Shown here in pieces: positions 12,355-25,698 of a stretch of 64,000 nucleotides of DNA. The position numbers and the translations under genes are program-made. The notes beneath the pieces are model-generated. The model was given only the letters and a program-made list of their open reading frames with translations, made no database searches and was not told the DNA's origin. The DNA lies in assembly GCF_006345805.1 (NCBI RefSeq), contig NC_043020.1, positions 27,652,001 to 27,716,000 of the forward strand, read 5' to 3'. This stretch comes from Octopus sinensis (lineage: Eukaryota). Numbering within the stretch: position 1 is the first letter of the stretch; the number at the start of each line of letters is the position of its first letter.

Positions 12355-13500
12355 AATGCTCCTGGCTGCAACTGTAGAGTTAAATCCCAGTGTCCTGTGT
12401 TATGTCGATGTTTAATCCCAAACGTAGTTTATAACTGTACAATCGTGACTGAGGCTGGTAACTTTATATATATAGGATGTTCGATAAATATGAAAAAACG
12501 TATCAATAACCATGCTATATGTTGTGGTATGTGGTGTGCTATATATAATACTATCCCATGATAACTCCTGCCTTGCTAGTCTAACTTCATCCTATTTTGG
12601 TGATTACACTATCTCCCTTTCTATGATGTTCTACCCTACTGATCATATAAGTCTCCTTTTGACTAAACCATACACCCCATAGAAACTATAAAATCATGCA
12701 TACAATAACAACCGGCAACATTATAACTTATAAAATCTTTTCTGCATGAAAAGCTTTAACTGCCTTCACTACTTCCATACCTATTACTCGCTCTTTTTGG
12801 ATTACCTTTATCTTTTCCCTGTTTCTAATTTTAAATCCCCGTCTCTTTATATGTAGGTTATATAGATTTAATATTATTTTCTATAAATTCTTATTATTTT
12901 GCTTTCTTACCTTCATACCCTTACTTACATACCTCTTATCTCTTACAAATTATTATTTTTCTTGTTCTTAAATTGATATTTTTCAGTTACTCAAGTCTAT
13001 ACGAGATATTTATACTATATCTATATAAGCGTATAAATATTTGTGTATGTGTATATATGCAAATATGCACATATATGTGTGTGCGTATCTGTATGCATTT
13101 TCACATTTTTCTGATTCACGGCTTAAAATTAATAGATAGTATGTATATCTTTCTAGTTCTTCCATATGGAAATGCCTTGAGCAGTCTTTATAGAAACCAC
13201 CTAATAAGTAATTAATTAAGTACATGTAATGTCTATGTAATCTATGTAATCTTCCTTTATAATATTTATAATTGATATATACCCTACGACCCCACTATGC
13301 TCAATGCTCCATGCTATTCTTAGAATTTGTAGTCTATTCTTAGCTACAACAGCGACAACATGAATTTCTTCCATCTTCTTGCTGTGTTAAGATATCTACG
13401 AAAAAACTATATTAATGTGTCCTACTTGTTGAAATTCCATTTATTTATTTGTGCAGCTGAAGATGGCATTGCATTTTAATTGATATAATGATTGCATTGT
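12355..13500 (+). mobile_element. Penelope-like GIY-YIG fragment and 3' UTR remnant
   Basis: 12361 onward translates as PGCNCRVKSQCPVLCRCLIPNVVYNCTI...YIGCSINMKKRINNH. A T-rich tail ends with a CTGAAGA half-core at about 13447. Confidence 0.7.
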
Positions 13501-15574
13501 TCAACTAAATGGAGCCGCTTGTGTTGTATGTCTTGTACTCTATTTTTTCGTTGTTTGAAAAATAGTTCGTTTCCGTGTTTTTGTTTTTATGTTTTCGTTT
13601 CTCAGTGTGTTCTACGTTTCTTTGATGTCCTGTACCAGTATATGCATGTATATATACATATAGTTGTAGGTATGTACATATATGTATATATGCATATATT
13701 TATATTATGTATATATATGATATGTGTATATATATGTATATATATACATATGTATATCTATATATATGCATATGTATATATAAATATGTATATATATGCA
13801 TGTATATATGTATGTATATATATATGTATATATATGTATGTATATATATATGAATATACATGCATATACCTGTGTATGTGTGTGTGTGTTTGTGTGTATA
13901 CACATACCTATATAGAAATGTTTACTTGTTAGTCGAATCTCGCCCCCCAATGACATAATGATGGAATTCCAAGCAAGGTTCGTGGTTTGCTACCTCAATA
14001 GCTCCTTTCTAGGATCCAGTGGCTAAGGACATCATCAGGAGGAACCACGTCCGGTTTCGGCCCCTACTTCTCTGCCGTTTTCGACGTGGTGACCCCCGCC
14101 CTTTCGGATGTGTCTTCAGCTCTGGTGCTGGATGCATTTCTTCTTTCTCCATCTTTCTTCTGTTCTCTGGCCTCTTTGATGCAGCATCAACGAGTGTCAG
14201 CGGGTGACTGACCATCCTGCCAAATTTCCCTCTAAATACTCGATGGTAGGCTCCAGCAGCCAGCACCAGCTAGTTGTCACGTGACACTGTCTAAACTTCT
14301 GATCGATAAGATTCATTTTATACTCAACTAAGAAGTTGGTTTTCGATGTGATCAGCAGAAATTCATGAAGGCGGTGGTCAGCCATGGGTGGAGACAGACG
14401 ACTGCAATCATTAAATTAATGGAATAAATATATAGACAAGTATAAGCACATAGAGAGACGAGGTAAATGATAATCAAGGTGAGAAATGATTTCATGTACG
14501 CTGTTTTTATAGTTCTCCATTTTATCTCTCTGTTCAGGTTAACGGAAACAGACGATGAAGGGAACATACCAACTTCCGGTGACTCTGTATTATAGGATAG
14601 CATAATGTACAGGATACATAAGAAAAACTGAATTATAAGGCACCAAACACGAGAATATCGATAAAAATGGAAATATAGTAAGATAAATATACATATACAA
14701 AAAACTTTACCCGTTCATATGTACTCACAGACACACATATACATAGAAAGAGACAAATACTGAAGTGTAAGAGACATCTTGACTCTGATTGATAAGAGCC
14801 ACAATAATCAAAGTTGGGCATATGAAATAAAACCCAATCGATGTTTGCGCTCATAATTATAAATACTGTACATATACACAGTTAGTATCTCACAAGTATC
14901 TCACAACCGGAATATACCAACTGATGGCCATCCATGCCCGTCATCAAATAACCAAAAGAAAAAGAATGAAAAATGGTCTAGGGAAGATAATAAAGAAGTT
15001 CTTACGGCCTTCTACCATGACATATATTTCCCCACAGATACTTGTATATATACACGGCTAGTATCTCACAAATATTTGCTTAATCCCTCTGATACCGAAG
15101 CGCCCGCGCCTACTCATTTTACTATATTTTAAAGTAATTTGAATTTAATTAAGATTCCATCAAAATTTCAGGTGAAATTATGGTTCAGACATTGGTTTTA
15201 TATGAAATTCTTTTTATATGAAATATTTTATGAAATTCTTTGTAATTTTTAAAATCCTTTGAGAGAAAGACAGTTTATTTTAACAGAAATATGGTATGAG
15301 AGGAACTGAATGCTTTCTGATAGTTTGGCTCTGGTTTATGTGAACTAAAACAATTTCGAATATATCACACAAACAAGTATTGATTTAGATACACTTCAAG
15401 AAATACAACCTGTACAATACACTTATCCCCACCTCACCCACCCACACAAACAGGAACAAATATCTACACATACACACTCATATAAAGTAAAAAAGAAAAA
15501 CTTCCAATTTCGCATTTGATTAACGAAAATCAAAGGAGAGTAAGAATTAGAGGTTATCTGAATATCAGTCAACA

Positions 15575-17061
15575 ATGGCGAAGTTTAGCAGCTGTTTCGG
15601 TCGATACTGTTCATACCGATGGAAGTTATGTTATATATGTTCGATTGCGATATTTCTCCTGCAGACGATGAGGGTCGATTTAAGTATGGCCTTTGTTTGT
15701 ATGTTGAAGACACCAAATCGCACGGCTAACGACGCCAACAGCACTCAGAGTACCCAACAGTGTTCTGGCCTTGATACTCACAATCAGTCCTCACACGAAA
15801 CATACAATGGAGAGATCACCTGGAGCAACAATCTTCAAGCGAATGTATTAGCCGGTTATTACTACGGTTACACTCTAACAAATATTCTTGGAGGCATTTT
15901 AGCAGACAAATATGGCGCTAAAAATATTCTAGGCTTTTCTCTCGTTTCAGCATCGGCTCTGACTTTGCTCTACCCGAGTTTATCTCGAATAAGTGGTTAC
16001 TTGCCTTAAGGATATTAACTGGGTTAGTATCTGGCCCGATGTTTCCATCGGTGCAATCTTTATTTGGTCGCTGGGCTCCACCTTTTGAAGATAGCGCATT
16101 GCTTGGTCTTGTATTTTCTGGTCAACTCATAGGTAGTATTGTATGTTATTCTATATCGGGTTTCCTCTGTGTGTATGGATTTGACAATGGGTGGGGTTCT
16201 ATATTTTATATATTTGGGGGAATGTCACTGTTGTTCAGTTCTGCTTGGTTCTATTTTGTCTATGATCGTCCAGAGCTCCATCCGTCTCTTGGTCAAGAAG
16301 AAAGCGCGTACTTGAATAAAACTGTAAGGTGTAAAAGTAGAGTTAAAAACATACCCTGGAAAAACATATGGAGTTCTTCTGCTGTTTGGGCCATCGTTGT
16401 TGCCCACACTTGCTATAACTGGACTGATCTTACCCTTACCTTATTACTACCACTCTACATGAAAGAAGCCTTGAACGTCGAAACAGAATCAAATGGTTTA
16501 ATGTCATCTGCTCCTTGGATAGGGCAAGCCATTTCCATGCCCTTGTTCGGAAGACTTGCAGATTTTATACGCTCAAAAGACTGTCTGTCAACTCGTTCGA
16601 TCCGAGTGCTTTTCCAAACTGTGTGTTTCGTTTTCTCGGCGATTCTATTCATTTCTGTAGGTTTTCTGAAATGTGACCAAGTCCCATTGGCTGGTTTTCT
16701 CTTTCTTTTTTCTGGTGTCATCTGGTCTCTCTATATAGGCGGTTTTAATGTGAACCACGTTGACATTGCTCCGAAATACGCTGGTGTATTGTATGGTATT
16801 ACGAATACATTTAGTTCCCTACCAGGATTTGTGGCTCCAATAACAGCTAGAATACTTACACCGAATGGAACGCAAAAAGAATGGCAAATTGTGTTAGCTT
16901 TATGTGCAGGGTTTTCTGTGTTAGGGGCAATAGTATATGCGATTATGGCGAAAGGGGAAATTCAAGATTGGGCCAAGTACGAAGATAGTTCTATAAATGA
17001 AAGAGAATCTCTGAATTTGAAAGAGAGAAGAGCAATTGACGGAGATTGTGAAACGGTTTAG
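15575..17061 (+). pseudogene. SLC17A5-like: SLC17/sialin-like copy 2, frameshifted near-identical duplicate of copy 1
   Basis: 1487 nt versus 1494 nt for copy 1. A 7-nt deletion near 16000 (ggttactttacacttg to ggttacttg) gives a stop at 16009, and the rest of the protein continues in ORF 16039-17061. Confidence 0.85.
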
Positions 17062-17086
17062 TGTGTTATCTAGTCGCAAAAATTAT

Positions 17087-18108
17087 TGTAGACGCTAGAT
17101 GTCACCCATGTTCCTAAAAGCTTTTCTCTTGGAAAATGAAGATATGCCGTACGACTTCCCGCCGTACTGTTATATCTGAACTGTTATCAACCGTTCCTGA
17201 TGTTCTCTTATTACTCTCCAACTGTGTATCTTCAACCAGCACTCCACGATGTCTCCATTGAATAATTCCTATGACCTGTACACTATGACTGCACATATGA
17301 CACTCTTCTCAAACTTTTATGCGCATGCTTATTTATACTAACCAGTACAGTTTACTTAGCCAATCACGAGTGTGTACACATTTCCCATACAACACCTCTT
17401 CCCTTTGAGATTGGCTTTCGCTTTATTTTCTTAATTTTTTTATTACTCCCACGGGGAGAAATCGGCATATTTTTTCGTTTATAAACAATCTCTAACATCT
17501 CCGTCCGCTTTCTCTTTCTAGTTGACATGCGCACTGGTTCAATCATTTCCTGCGGCGCCGGAATATCAAATATATCATATAACATTTCAATAAGCTCTTG
17601 CTGCCTTTTTCGTCCTTCTGTGTATCTCTTTTTTATTTGACTTACATGTCTCTTATGCTCACACGTCTTCCCTTTCACCATATATATTACTCTACCAAGA
17701 CGTTTGGTTATTCTTCCTTGTTCCTAACTTTGTTTTCCATATTTTTTTCTGACTTAGCCATTCGCTCTTTAATAATTTCAATCGACATATTTTTTTCGTA
17801 AGAGAAAAAAATGCAACAAATAATTTTTCGAAATTAACAGTTCATAAAAAAATGATCACACAGGTTCAAATCTTTCTCCTGGAGCGGGAAAGTACACACT
17901 TTCAACAAAAGCCTGATAAGCAATCAAGGAACAGAATGTAACAAGTAATCACAATAACAACACCTTCACGGTCCAATTAGCATAAAAAACTCCTCTAGAA
18001 ATTGGCGCATATGACACTCTTCTCACACTGTTCTGCGCATGCTCATTTATACTAACTAATATTGATCACTTAGCCAATCACGTGGATGTACAGATTCCAC
18101 ATAAAACA
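17087..18108 (-). mobile_element. LTR retrotransposon relic (Gypsy-like): LTR 17087-17394, PPT, integrase C-terminus and a second diverged LTR part ending at 18108
   Basis: TG..CA ends. Purine tract AAAGGGAAGAGG abuts TGTTG on the minus strand. ORF 17364-17681 reads KRHVSQIKKR...KGRGV. 17297-17394 is similar to 18010-18108. Absent behind copy 1. Confidence 0.75.
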
Positions 18109-18137
18109 CAATAAAAATATTAATAAACAATAAAATA

Positions 18138-18172
<35 letters not shown>

Positions 18173-18704
18173 TATTATTATTATCATCATCATCATCATC
18201 ATCATCATCCTCCTCCTCCTCATCATCATCATCATTATTATTACCATATTTAAAGGACAAGAATCACTTTCTATTGAAAGAACTGACCAGCTGCAAAGAT
18301 GTAAACACATTTTTTTCTTCTTCCTCTCTCCCTTCTTTCTTTCCTTCTCTTTTCCATTGACACTCCTTTCAGATACATAGACATGCACGCACACACACAC
18401 ACGCACAGGCACGCAATCTCTCTCACTTTCTCTCCGTTCATCACCCTCTCTTACTATCCTATATCTCTCTCCACACCTACACACTCAATAATACTATAAA
18501 AAGAGACAAATCTCCTGAAAAAATTCAATCTGAAGATTCCACTAGAGTGGATGCAAGCGCTAATATATGATTTGTAAAAGCATGTGACATATTAATAAAA
18601 AATCTCTCTATATAAAACCATCCGGATTTCTGAGTACCTTATTTCTTCTAATATATATATACACACACACACACACAAACATATATATATATAAGTGTGT
18701 GTGT

Positions 18705-18736
<32 letters not shown>

Positions 18737-18740
<4 letters not shown>

Positions 18741-18945
18741 CCGCGTGTGTAACTTTGGCGATTTTATTCCTCCATCTTCCGTTCCTTTGATCTTTCCTTT
18801 TCCTATGTTTCTGACGAAGAGCTCCGCTCGAAACATTAAATCCTCCTTCTTTCCTTCCTTTCCTGAGCGTCCAATAACACTATATTTGTTCCACGTCCTC
18901 CGGTTGTTGTGTTTTCTCTTTGTGTTTTCATGTTTGGATTAACTA
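18737..18945 (+). mobile_element. About 205-bp non-coding repeat carrying a minimal hammerhead core (PLE terminal-repeat or retrozyme-like)
   Basis: TGTGACCGC...CTGACGA-A-GAGC-tcc-GCTC-GAAAC...ttggattaactata. Further copies at 24802 and 58359. Confidence 0.7.
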
Positions 18946-18953
18946 TATATACA

Positions 18954-19033
<80 letters not shown>

Positions 19034-20527
19034 TGTGTGAGTTTTTGAGCTTGTCTTTGTACCCACTACCGCTTGTGTACCGGTGTTGGTTTGTTTACGT
19101 CACCGTAACATTAACGGTTCGACAAAAGAGACCGATAAAATAGATAGTAGGTTTAAAATTAAAATTTGTCCTGGTGTGTTGATTTGTTCGACTAAAACCC
19201 TTCAAACCAGTGCTTCGGCATGGCCGCAGTCAGTTTACTGAAACAAGTCAAAGATAGAAAGAGACACAGAAACCTACAAATGCCCAGAACAAAATATTCC
19301 TTTGACATTGGACATCACAAGAGAAAAAAGAAAAAAATGAGGGAAAAAGTCAAATCCTGTTGGAGAATCCTTATGAAGGAATCGCGTTCATTTGCCGAGA
19401 AAATTGCCCATCTCCAAAACATGATAACTTCTTTCCTCTTCTCCGACTGACATAGTCTTTCTTAAAATTTGATGCATAAATATACGAGATCTGAAGTTGG
19501 ATTTGAAGCAAGGTCATTTACTCAACGACCTCAGATCACTAGATATACATGTGTTGAGCATCAATAAACCCATGAATTAAACCCATGAATTGCACCAATA
19601 TCCGACACACCTTAATCGGCCTGGATCGCGAGACGGGCTGGCGGTGTTATTTCGGACTAGTTAAGTGGTTGTCGGTGGGGTCGGTTGTGAATAATCGACA
19701 GTGAAGTTGTCTGAAAAAGGGTGCTAAGGGAACAAAAATAGTGCCAAAGAAAAATAGATTAGGGAAGAAACAAATTAAAAGAGACAAATAGAAAAGCTAT
19801 TGCGACTGATATACCTAGCGTCAAGCAGAGTTGCCGACATTTTTTCATAGTGAAACACGAAAATGTCGCTGTTAGAACGAAGACACATTCGCAACAAAGC
19901 CACAATTCTTACATTGAGGGATCGATTCCAAATAGGGAGAACACAAACATGGTTTAAACAGCAAGCTTGGCAGGAAAGAAACGTGCCTTTAAGCAGTACA
20001 AAAACAGCAAAAAATGGAATGTGCAGTTATGTACAGGTTGACGGAAGAAAAGCAGGACACAAACGGCATTATCGATCGCATTCCAACCTGGAATCCATTT
20101 TTGTATTTTTTTCAAAACTTATACACGTCCTGATACCGTCGGTATCTACATATCGAATTTGAGCGCAATCGGATAGAGGATGCCCGAGATCCTAGAAGAC
20201 ACACACACAGACAGACAGAACCTCATATCGATACTTCCGGCATAGTAGACAATGAAGGTTTTGGGCTACTTTGTCGTGTCTGTGCTTGTACTTTTTCTGC
20301 CGTAGGACTTTCACAAATTGACAATGTGGGTCACGCTTTCGACCCTCTTTCCACACATTCTGCAGAGGTTCATTGCCCTTGTGTGGTTTATATTCTTTTT
20401 CACTGAGTTGGTGTTCAATGCCTGGTCCTGGGCAGCGATATCTTTTTAGGTCACCCTTGCTGAGCCCTTCCTATTATTATTGTTGTTGTTGCTGTGTTGT
20501 CGTTGCATTTATTTGTTGTTATCACCA

Positions 20528-20569
20528 TTATTATTATTACTATTATTATTACTATTATTATTATTATTA

Positions 20570-20620
<51 letters not shown>

Positions 20621-20849
20621 CATTATTATTATTATTATTTTTATTATTATTATTATTATTATTACTATATTATTATTATTATTATTTTTATTATTATTAT
20701 TATTATATATTATTATTATTATTACTACTACTATTATTATTACTATATTATTATTATTATACTACTACTACTATTATTATTATTATTATTATTACTACTA
20801 TTATTATTATTATTACTACTACTATTATTATTATTATTATTATTACTAC

Positions 20850-20882
<33 letters not shown>

Positions 20883-20920
20883 CATCATTTTTATTATTAC
20901 TATTATTATCATCATAATCA
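20528..20920. repeat. (TTA)n/(CTA)n microsatellite
   Basis: Read directly from the sequence. Confidence 0.98.
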
Positions 20921-20922
20921 TG

Positions 20923-21128
20923 GTGGCGAACTGGTAGAATGGTTAGCCAGGCAAAATACTTAGAGGTATTTCGTCCGTTGCCAACTTGAGTTCAAACTCT
21001 ACTGAGGTCGACTTTGCTTTCATCCTTTCTGGGTCGATAACTAAAGTACAAGTGGAGTACTAGGGTCGATGTAATCGACTTTACCCCTCACTCTAAATTT
21101 CAGGCATTGTGCCTATAATACAAAGGAT
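20923..21128 (+). mobile_element. SINE family B
   Basis: Same head and core, located between (TTA)n tracts. Confidence 0.8.
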
Positions 21129-21646
21129 TATTATTATTATTATTATTATTATTATCATTATTATCATTATTATTATTATTATTATCATTATTATTATTAT
21201 GATTGTTATTATTATTACTAGTATTGACTGAGAGAGCAGTGTATGCCATCAAAGTAACACTAGGGTACAAATATACGAAGCCCAGTACACCCATCATGAT
21301 TACTCGTCTGATAAGGGTGCGCCAGGCACATGCATCACAACCACATGTGATCTCATATCCAGATAAACAGTGAGTGACCTTGCAGGCGGGACCCAGTTAG
21401 AATTTTCCTTTGGTCCATCATATAAAAGAAAAAGTACTCCGTCGTTGCTCATGAAGAAAGCGATATGGTTTAGTGATGTGCTTAATGTGTTATTTTCGAT
21501 TCCAGATTGATCAACAAGCTGCCGACGGAAACACTAAATTCATCAAAACGAAGAGACAATACTTTATTCATTTTAATTTGAATATCGGAACGTCACAAAC
21601 AGTTCGAAAATCCACGAATCCAGCATAAAGAAAAAAGTCAAAGAAA

Positions 21647-23128
21647 ATGTCGAAGTTTAACGAATTTATCAGCCATTATGGTTCATGTCGATGGCGGCTG
21701 TGCTATGTCAGCTTTTTCGCTTTGCTTCTCATGCAGACTTTACGTGTAGACCTTAGTATGTCGTTAGTTTGCATGTTAAAAACACCCAATCGTACAATTG
21801 ATGAAGTCAACCTTACTCGAAATAACGAACACTGTTCTCGTTTAGACAATCGTACATCAAATGGAGAGGATTTTGAAGGAGAGTTCGAATGGAGCAACAT
21901 TCTGCAATCAAACATGCTGGCTGGATACTTTTATGGATACACAATTACTAACCTTCTTGGCGGTGTATTGGCTGACAAATATGGTGGAAAGAGAGTTATG
22001 GGGGCTTCCATATTCTCAGCTTCTCTCCTGACCCTTCTTCACCCAAGTCTAACTCGAATAAGTGGTTATTTTACTCTCGTATTAAGGACACTTACAGGTC
22101 TGGTTTCAGGGCCCATGTTTCCTGCAGTGCAGTCTTTGTGGGGTCGATGGGCTCCACCTAGTGAAAGTAGTACTTTGATAGGGATTTCATTTGCCGGTCA
22201 GATATTAGGTAGCATTGTAGGTCTGTCAGTTTCCGGTTTCCTTTGCGTTTATGGCTTTGATAATGGATGGGGTTCTATATTTTATATATTTGGTGGATTA
22301 TCGTTGGTGTTTAGCTTTGTGTGGATTTATGTTGTTTATGATAATCCAAACGTTCATCCAACTATAAGCGAAAAAGAACGTTCCTATTTAAACAAAACAA
22401 TAAAATGTAAAAGTAAAGTGAAGAACGTGCCTTGGAAAAGCATCATGTCTTCTACAGCCGTTTGGGCCATCATCATGGCGCATACACTAATTAACTGGAC
22501 CGTTATTTCTTTTCAAGTGATTCTTCCTTTGTATATGAAGGAAGCGTTAAATATTGATACGAAATCAAACGGTTTAATGTCTTCAGCTCCGTTTATTGGG
22601 CAAATAATTGCTATACCATTTTGTGGAAGATTCGCAGACTTCTTGCGTTCAAACAATTATCTTTCAACACGATCCGTTCGAGTTCTTTTCCAGTCAGTTT
22701 CTTACATTGGTTCAGCGTCTCTGATTACCGTAATCGGGTTCCTTAATTGCAATCACACGACATTGGCCGGAATTCTTTTCTTTATTACTGGAACCAGCTT
22801 AACATTCTATTATGCAGGCCTGAGTGTAAATCATGTTGACATTGCTCCTATATACGCTGGTATATTGTACGGAATTACAAATACTTTCGCATCGTTACCT
22901 GGCTTTGTGGTTCCTTTAACTACAAAAGCACTGACACCAAATGGAACACAGCAAGAATGGCAAGTAGTATTATCATTGTGTGCCATATTTTCTGTGTGTG
23001 GGACAATAATCTATGCGATATTCGCGAGAGGGGATGTACAAGATTGGGCTAAATCTGATGAAAAATCGATTAAAAATTCTTCGAATGAGGAAGAATCTAT
23101 ATATTTAAATGAGGTAAAACAAGGATAA
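21647..23128 (+). CDS. SLC17A5-like: SLC17/sialin-like transporter, copy 3 (493 aa)
   Basis: Full ORF with the same SLC17 motifs. Confidence 0.95.
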   Translation: MSKFNEFISHYGSCRWRLCYVSFFALLLMQTLRVDLSMSLVCMLKTPNRTIDEVNLTRNNEHCSRLDNRTSNGEDFEGEFEWSNILQSNMLAGYFYGYTITNLLGGVLADKYGGKRVMGASIFSASLLTLLHPSLTRISGYFTLVLRTLTGLVSGPMFPAVQSLWGRWAPPSESSTLIGISFAGQILGSIVGLSVSGFLCVYGFDNGWGSIFYIFGGLSLVFSFVWIYVVYDNPNVHPTISEKERSYLNKTIKCKSKVKNVPWKSIMSSTAVWAIIMAHTLINWTVISFQVILPLYMKEALNIDTKSNGLMSSAPFIGQIIAIPFCGRFADFLRSNNYLSTRSVRVLFQSVSYIGSASLITVIGFLNCNHTTLAGILFFITGTSLTFYYAGLSVNHVDIAPIYAGILYGITNTFASLPGFVVPLTTKALTPNGTQQEWQVVLSLCAIFSVCGTIIYAIFARGDVQDWAKSDEKSIKNSSNEEESIYLNEVKQG

Positions 23129-23165
23129 AACTCGCGCACGCACACACACACACACATACACACAC

Positions 23166-23210
<45 letters not shown>

Positions 23211-23505
23211 AACACAGAGGTATACACACGTACAAACACGGACATATATACATCATTCCCGTTGTAAAAAATAAACTTTCGTGGGAATGTGAAATAATTC
23301 TCCGTTGAAACAGTGGCCATCGAAGCACATCACAGAAAGCTACAAAATTATAGCACGTAAATAGTGGGTCGGAAAAAACCCCCCTTTTGAATAGAAAAGT
23401 CGAAGGGTGCCCTCAACATATCCAATCCAAAAACAGTTTTTTCAGCCCAATGTTTTCATGCTGTTTCGTTATGTACCGCGAGACACAATGTTTCCAAAAA
23501 CGATG

Positions 23506-23547
<42 letters not shown>

Positions 23548-23581
23548 CACACACACACGCACACACACACACACACACACA

Positions 23582-23643
<62 letters not shown>

Positions 23644-23705
23644 ACACACACACACACACACGCACACACACACACACACACACAGACACACACACACCAC
23701 ACACA

Positions 23706-23738
<33 letters not shown>

Positions 23739-23845
23739 CACACACACACACACACAGACACACAGACACACAGACACACAGACACAGACACACACACACA
23801 CACACACACACACAACACACACACACACACACACACACATACACA
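23506..23845. repeat. (CA)n microsatellite
   Basis: Read directly from the sequence. Confidence 0.98.
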
Positions 23846-23847
23846 GA

Positions 23848-24155
23848 AATGGTTTAATGTTTTCTGCTGCATTTATTGAACAAATCATTACTGTGTCATC
23901 TTGTGTCAAAGCCACAGGCATTTCCCGTTCAAAGAATTATTTTTACAACGCGTTCTGTTCGTGTTCTTCTTTTCCAATGAGTTTCTTATGTTGGTTCAGC
24001 GTCTCTGATGATCGCAATCGGATTGCTTAATTGCTTCCAATCTATTCTGGCCGGAATTCGTTTCTTTATCACTGGAATCAGCTTAACATTCTATGCTGTG
24101 GTTTTCATTGTTAATCATGCTGATATCTCGATATCCAAGATACTCTGCCAGCATT
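23848..24155 (+). pseudogene. Decayed SLC17 fragment (C-terminal-half TM region), an eighth copy
   Basis: Translates, with frameshifts and stops, as [59 protein letters not shown]...VNHADI. It is colinear with copies 3-6. Confidence 0.85.
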
Positions 24156-24801
24156 AATTCTTCCTGTATAGATGGCAACACAATTTTTTCTTCTTCCTCT
24201 CTCCCTTCTTTCTTTCCTTCTCTTTTCAATTGACACTCCCTTCAGATACACAGACACGCACACAACACACACACAAACAAAACAAGACATACACACTCTC
24301 TCTGAAACGAAATCCAGACAATTTTTTTAAAAAACAAGAACCCCTTGGAGTAGCCACCTGATTTTACCATATTTAAAAGACAAGAACCACTTTCTATTGA
24401 AAGAACTGACCAGCTGTATAGAAGTAAACACATTTTTCTTCCTTCTCTCTTCCTCCTTCCTTTCCTTCTTTTTTCCATTGACACTCCTTTCAGATACAAA
24501 GGCACACACACAGAGAGGCACACACTCTCTCTCACTTTCTCCCCGTTCCTCATCCTCTCTTACTATCCTATATCACTCTCCACCCCTACACACTCAATAA
24601 TACTAAAAAAAAGAGAAAAATCCCCTGAAAAATTCATCTGAAGATTCCACTAGAGTGGATGCAAGCGCTAATATATGATTTGTAAAAACATGTGACATAT
24701 TAATAAAAATCTCTATATATAAAACCATCCAGATTTCTGAGTACCTTATTTCTTCTAATATATGCGTGTGTGTGCGTGTGTGTGCGTGTGTGTGTGTGTG
24801 T

Positions 24802-25010
24802 GTGACCGCGTGTGTGCCGTTGGCGATTTTTTTTTCCGTCTTCCCTTCCTTGGATCTTTCCTTTTCCTATGTTTCTGACGAAGAGCTCCGCTCGAAACGT
24901 TAAGTCCTCCTTCTTTCTTTCCTTTCCTGATCGTCCAATAACACTATACTTGTTCCATGTCCTCGCGTTGTTGTGTTTTCTCTTTGTGTTTTCATGTTTG
25001 GATTAACTAT
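24802..25010 (+). mobile_element. Second copy of the 205-bp hammerhead-bearing repeat
   Basis: Same sequence; core at 24875-24902. Confidence 0.7.
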
Positions 25011-25180
25011 ATATAAAATGTAGAATAAAAGTTTTTCGAAAACCAATTCTATCAATGGCCAGCATGTTAAAAAATATCTTTAAAGGTTAAATTTATAAAC
25101 AATTTATAAGTAAGGGCAAATGAAAAAAATTCTAATGCCAAAATATGCCGAAAATAGACAACGTCAATAATCATGTAATT

Positions 25181-25300
25181 TATCACTAACAGGCACACAT
25201 TTCGAAGCCAGCCGATAGAAATTTCTAAAAACTCCCGTTATTACCATATCGGACCGATTTCAGAGTTAGTTCATAAGAACCTTCCCTTCATCAGTGATAA
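25181..25300 (-). ncRNA. Degenerate hammerhead motif in a PLE terminal remnant
   Basis: uuauca-CUGAUGA ... GAAA-ugugugccuguua-gugaua. Stem II is poorly defined. Confidence 0.45.
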
Positions 25301-25384
25301 ATGCGGTAAAAGAAATAAGTGAAATACTTACTCATACCCATGGAAGAAGCTAACACCAAGCCATGATCACAATTAAGTACTCCA

Positions 25385-25698
25385 TCTGCGGCTACGTTCT
25401 GAGTTCAAATTCCGCTGAGGTCGACTTTGCCTTTCATCCTTTCGGGGTCGATAAATTAAGTACCAGTTACGCACTGGAGTCAATGTAATCGACTTAATCC
25501 GTTTGTCTGTCCTTGTTTGTCCTCTCTGTGCTTAGCCCCTTGTGGGTAGTAAAGAAATAGGTATTTCGTCTGCAGCTACGTTCTGAGTTCAAACTCCGCC
25601 AAGGTCGACTTTGCCTTTCATCATAATTGATTTAATCCGTTTGTCTGTCCTTGTTCGTCCCCTCTATGTTTTGTCCCTTGTGGGCAATAAAGAAATAA
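25385..25698 (+). mobile_element. SINE family B (5'-truncated dimer)
   Basis: Homologous to 1900-2424. Confidence 0.8.

Noticed and set aside
19863-20220. 99-aa ORF and Helitron-like sequence (also about 39170-39360)
   Set aside because: No recognisable domain, and I could not find termini, so it is too weak to call.
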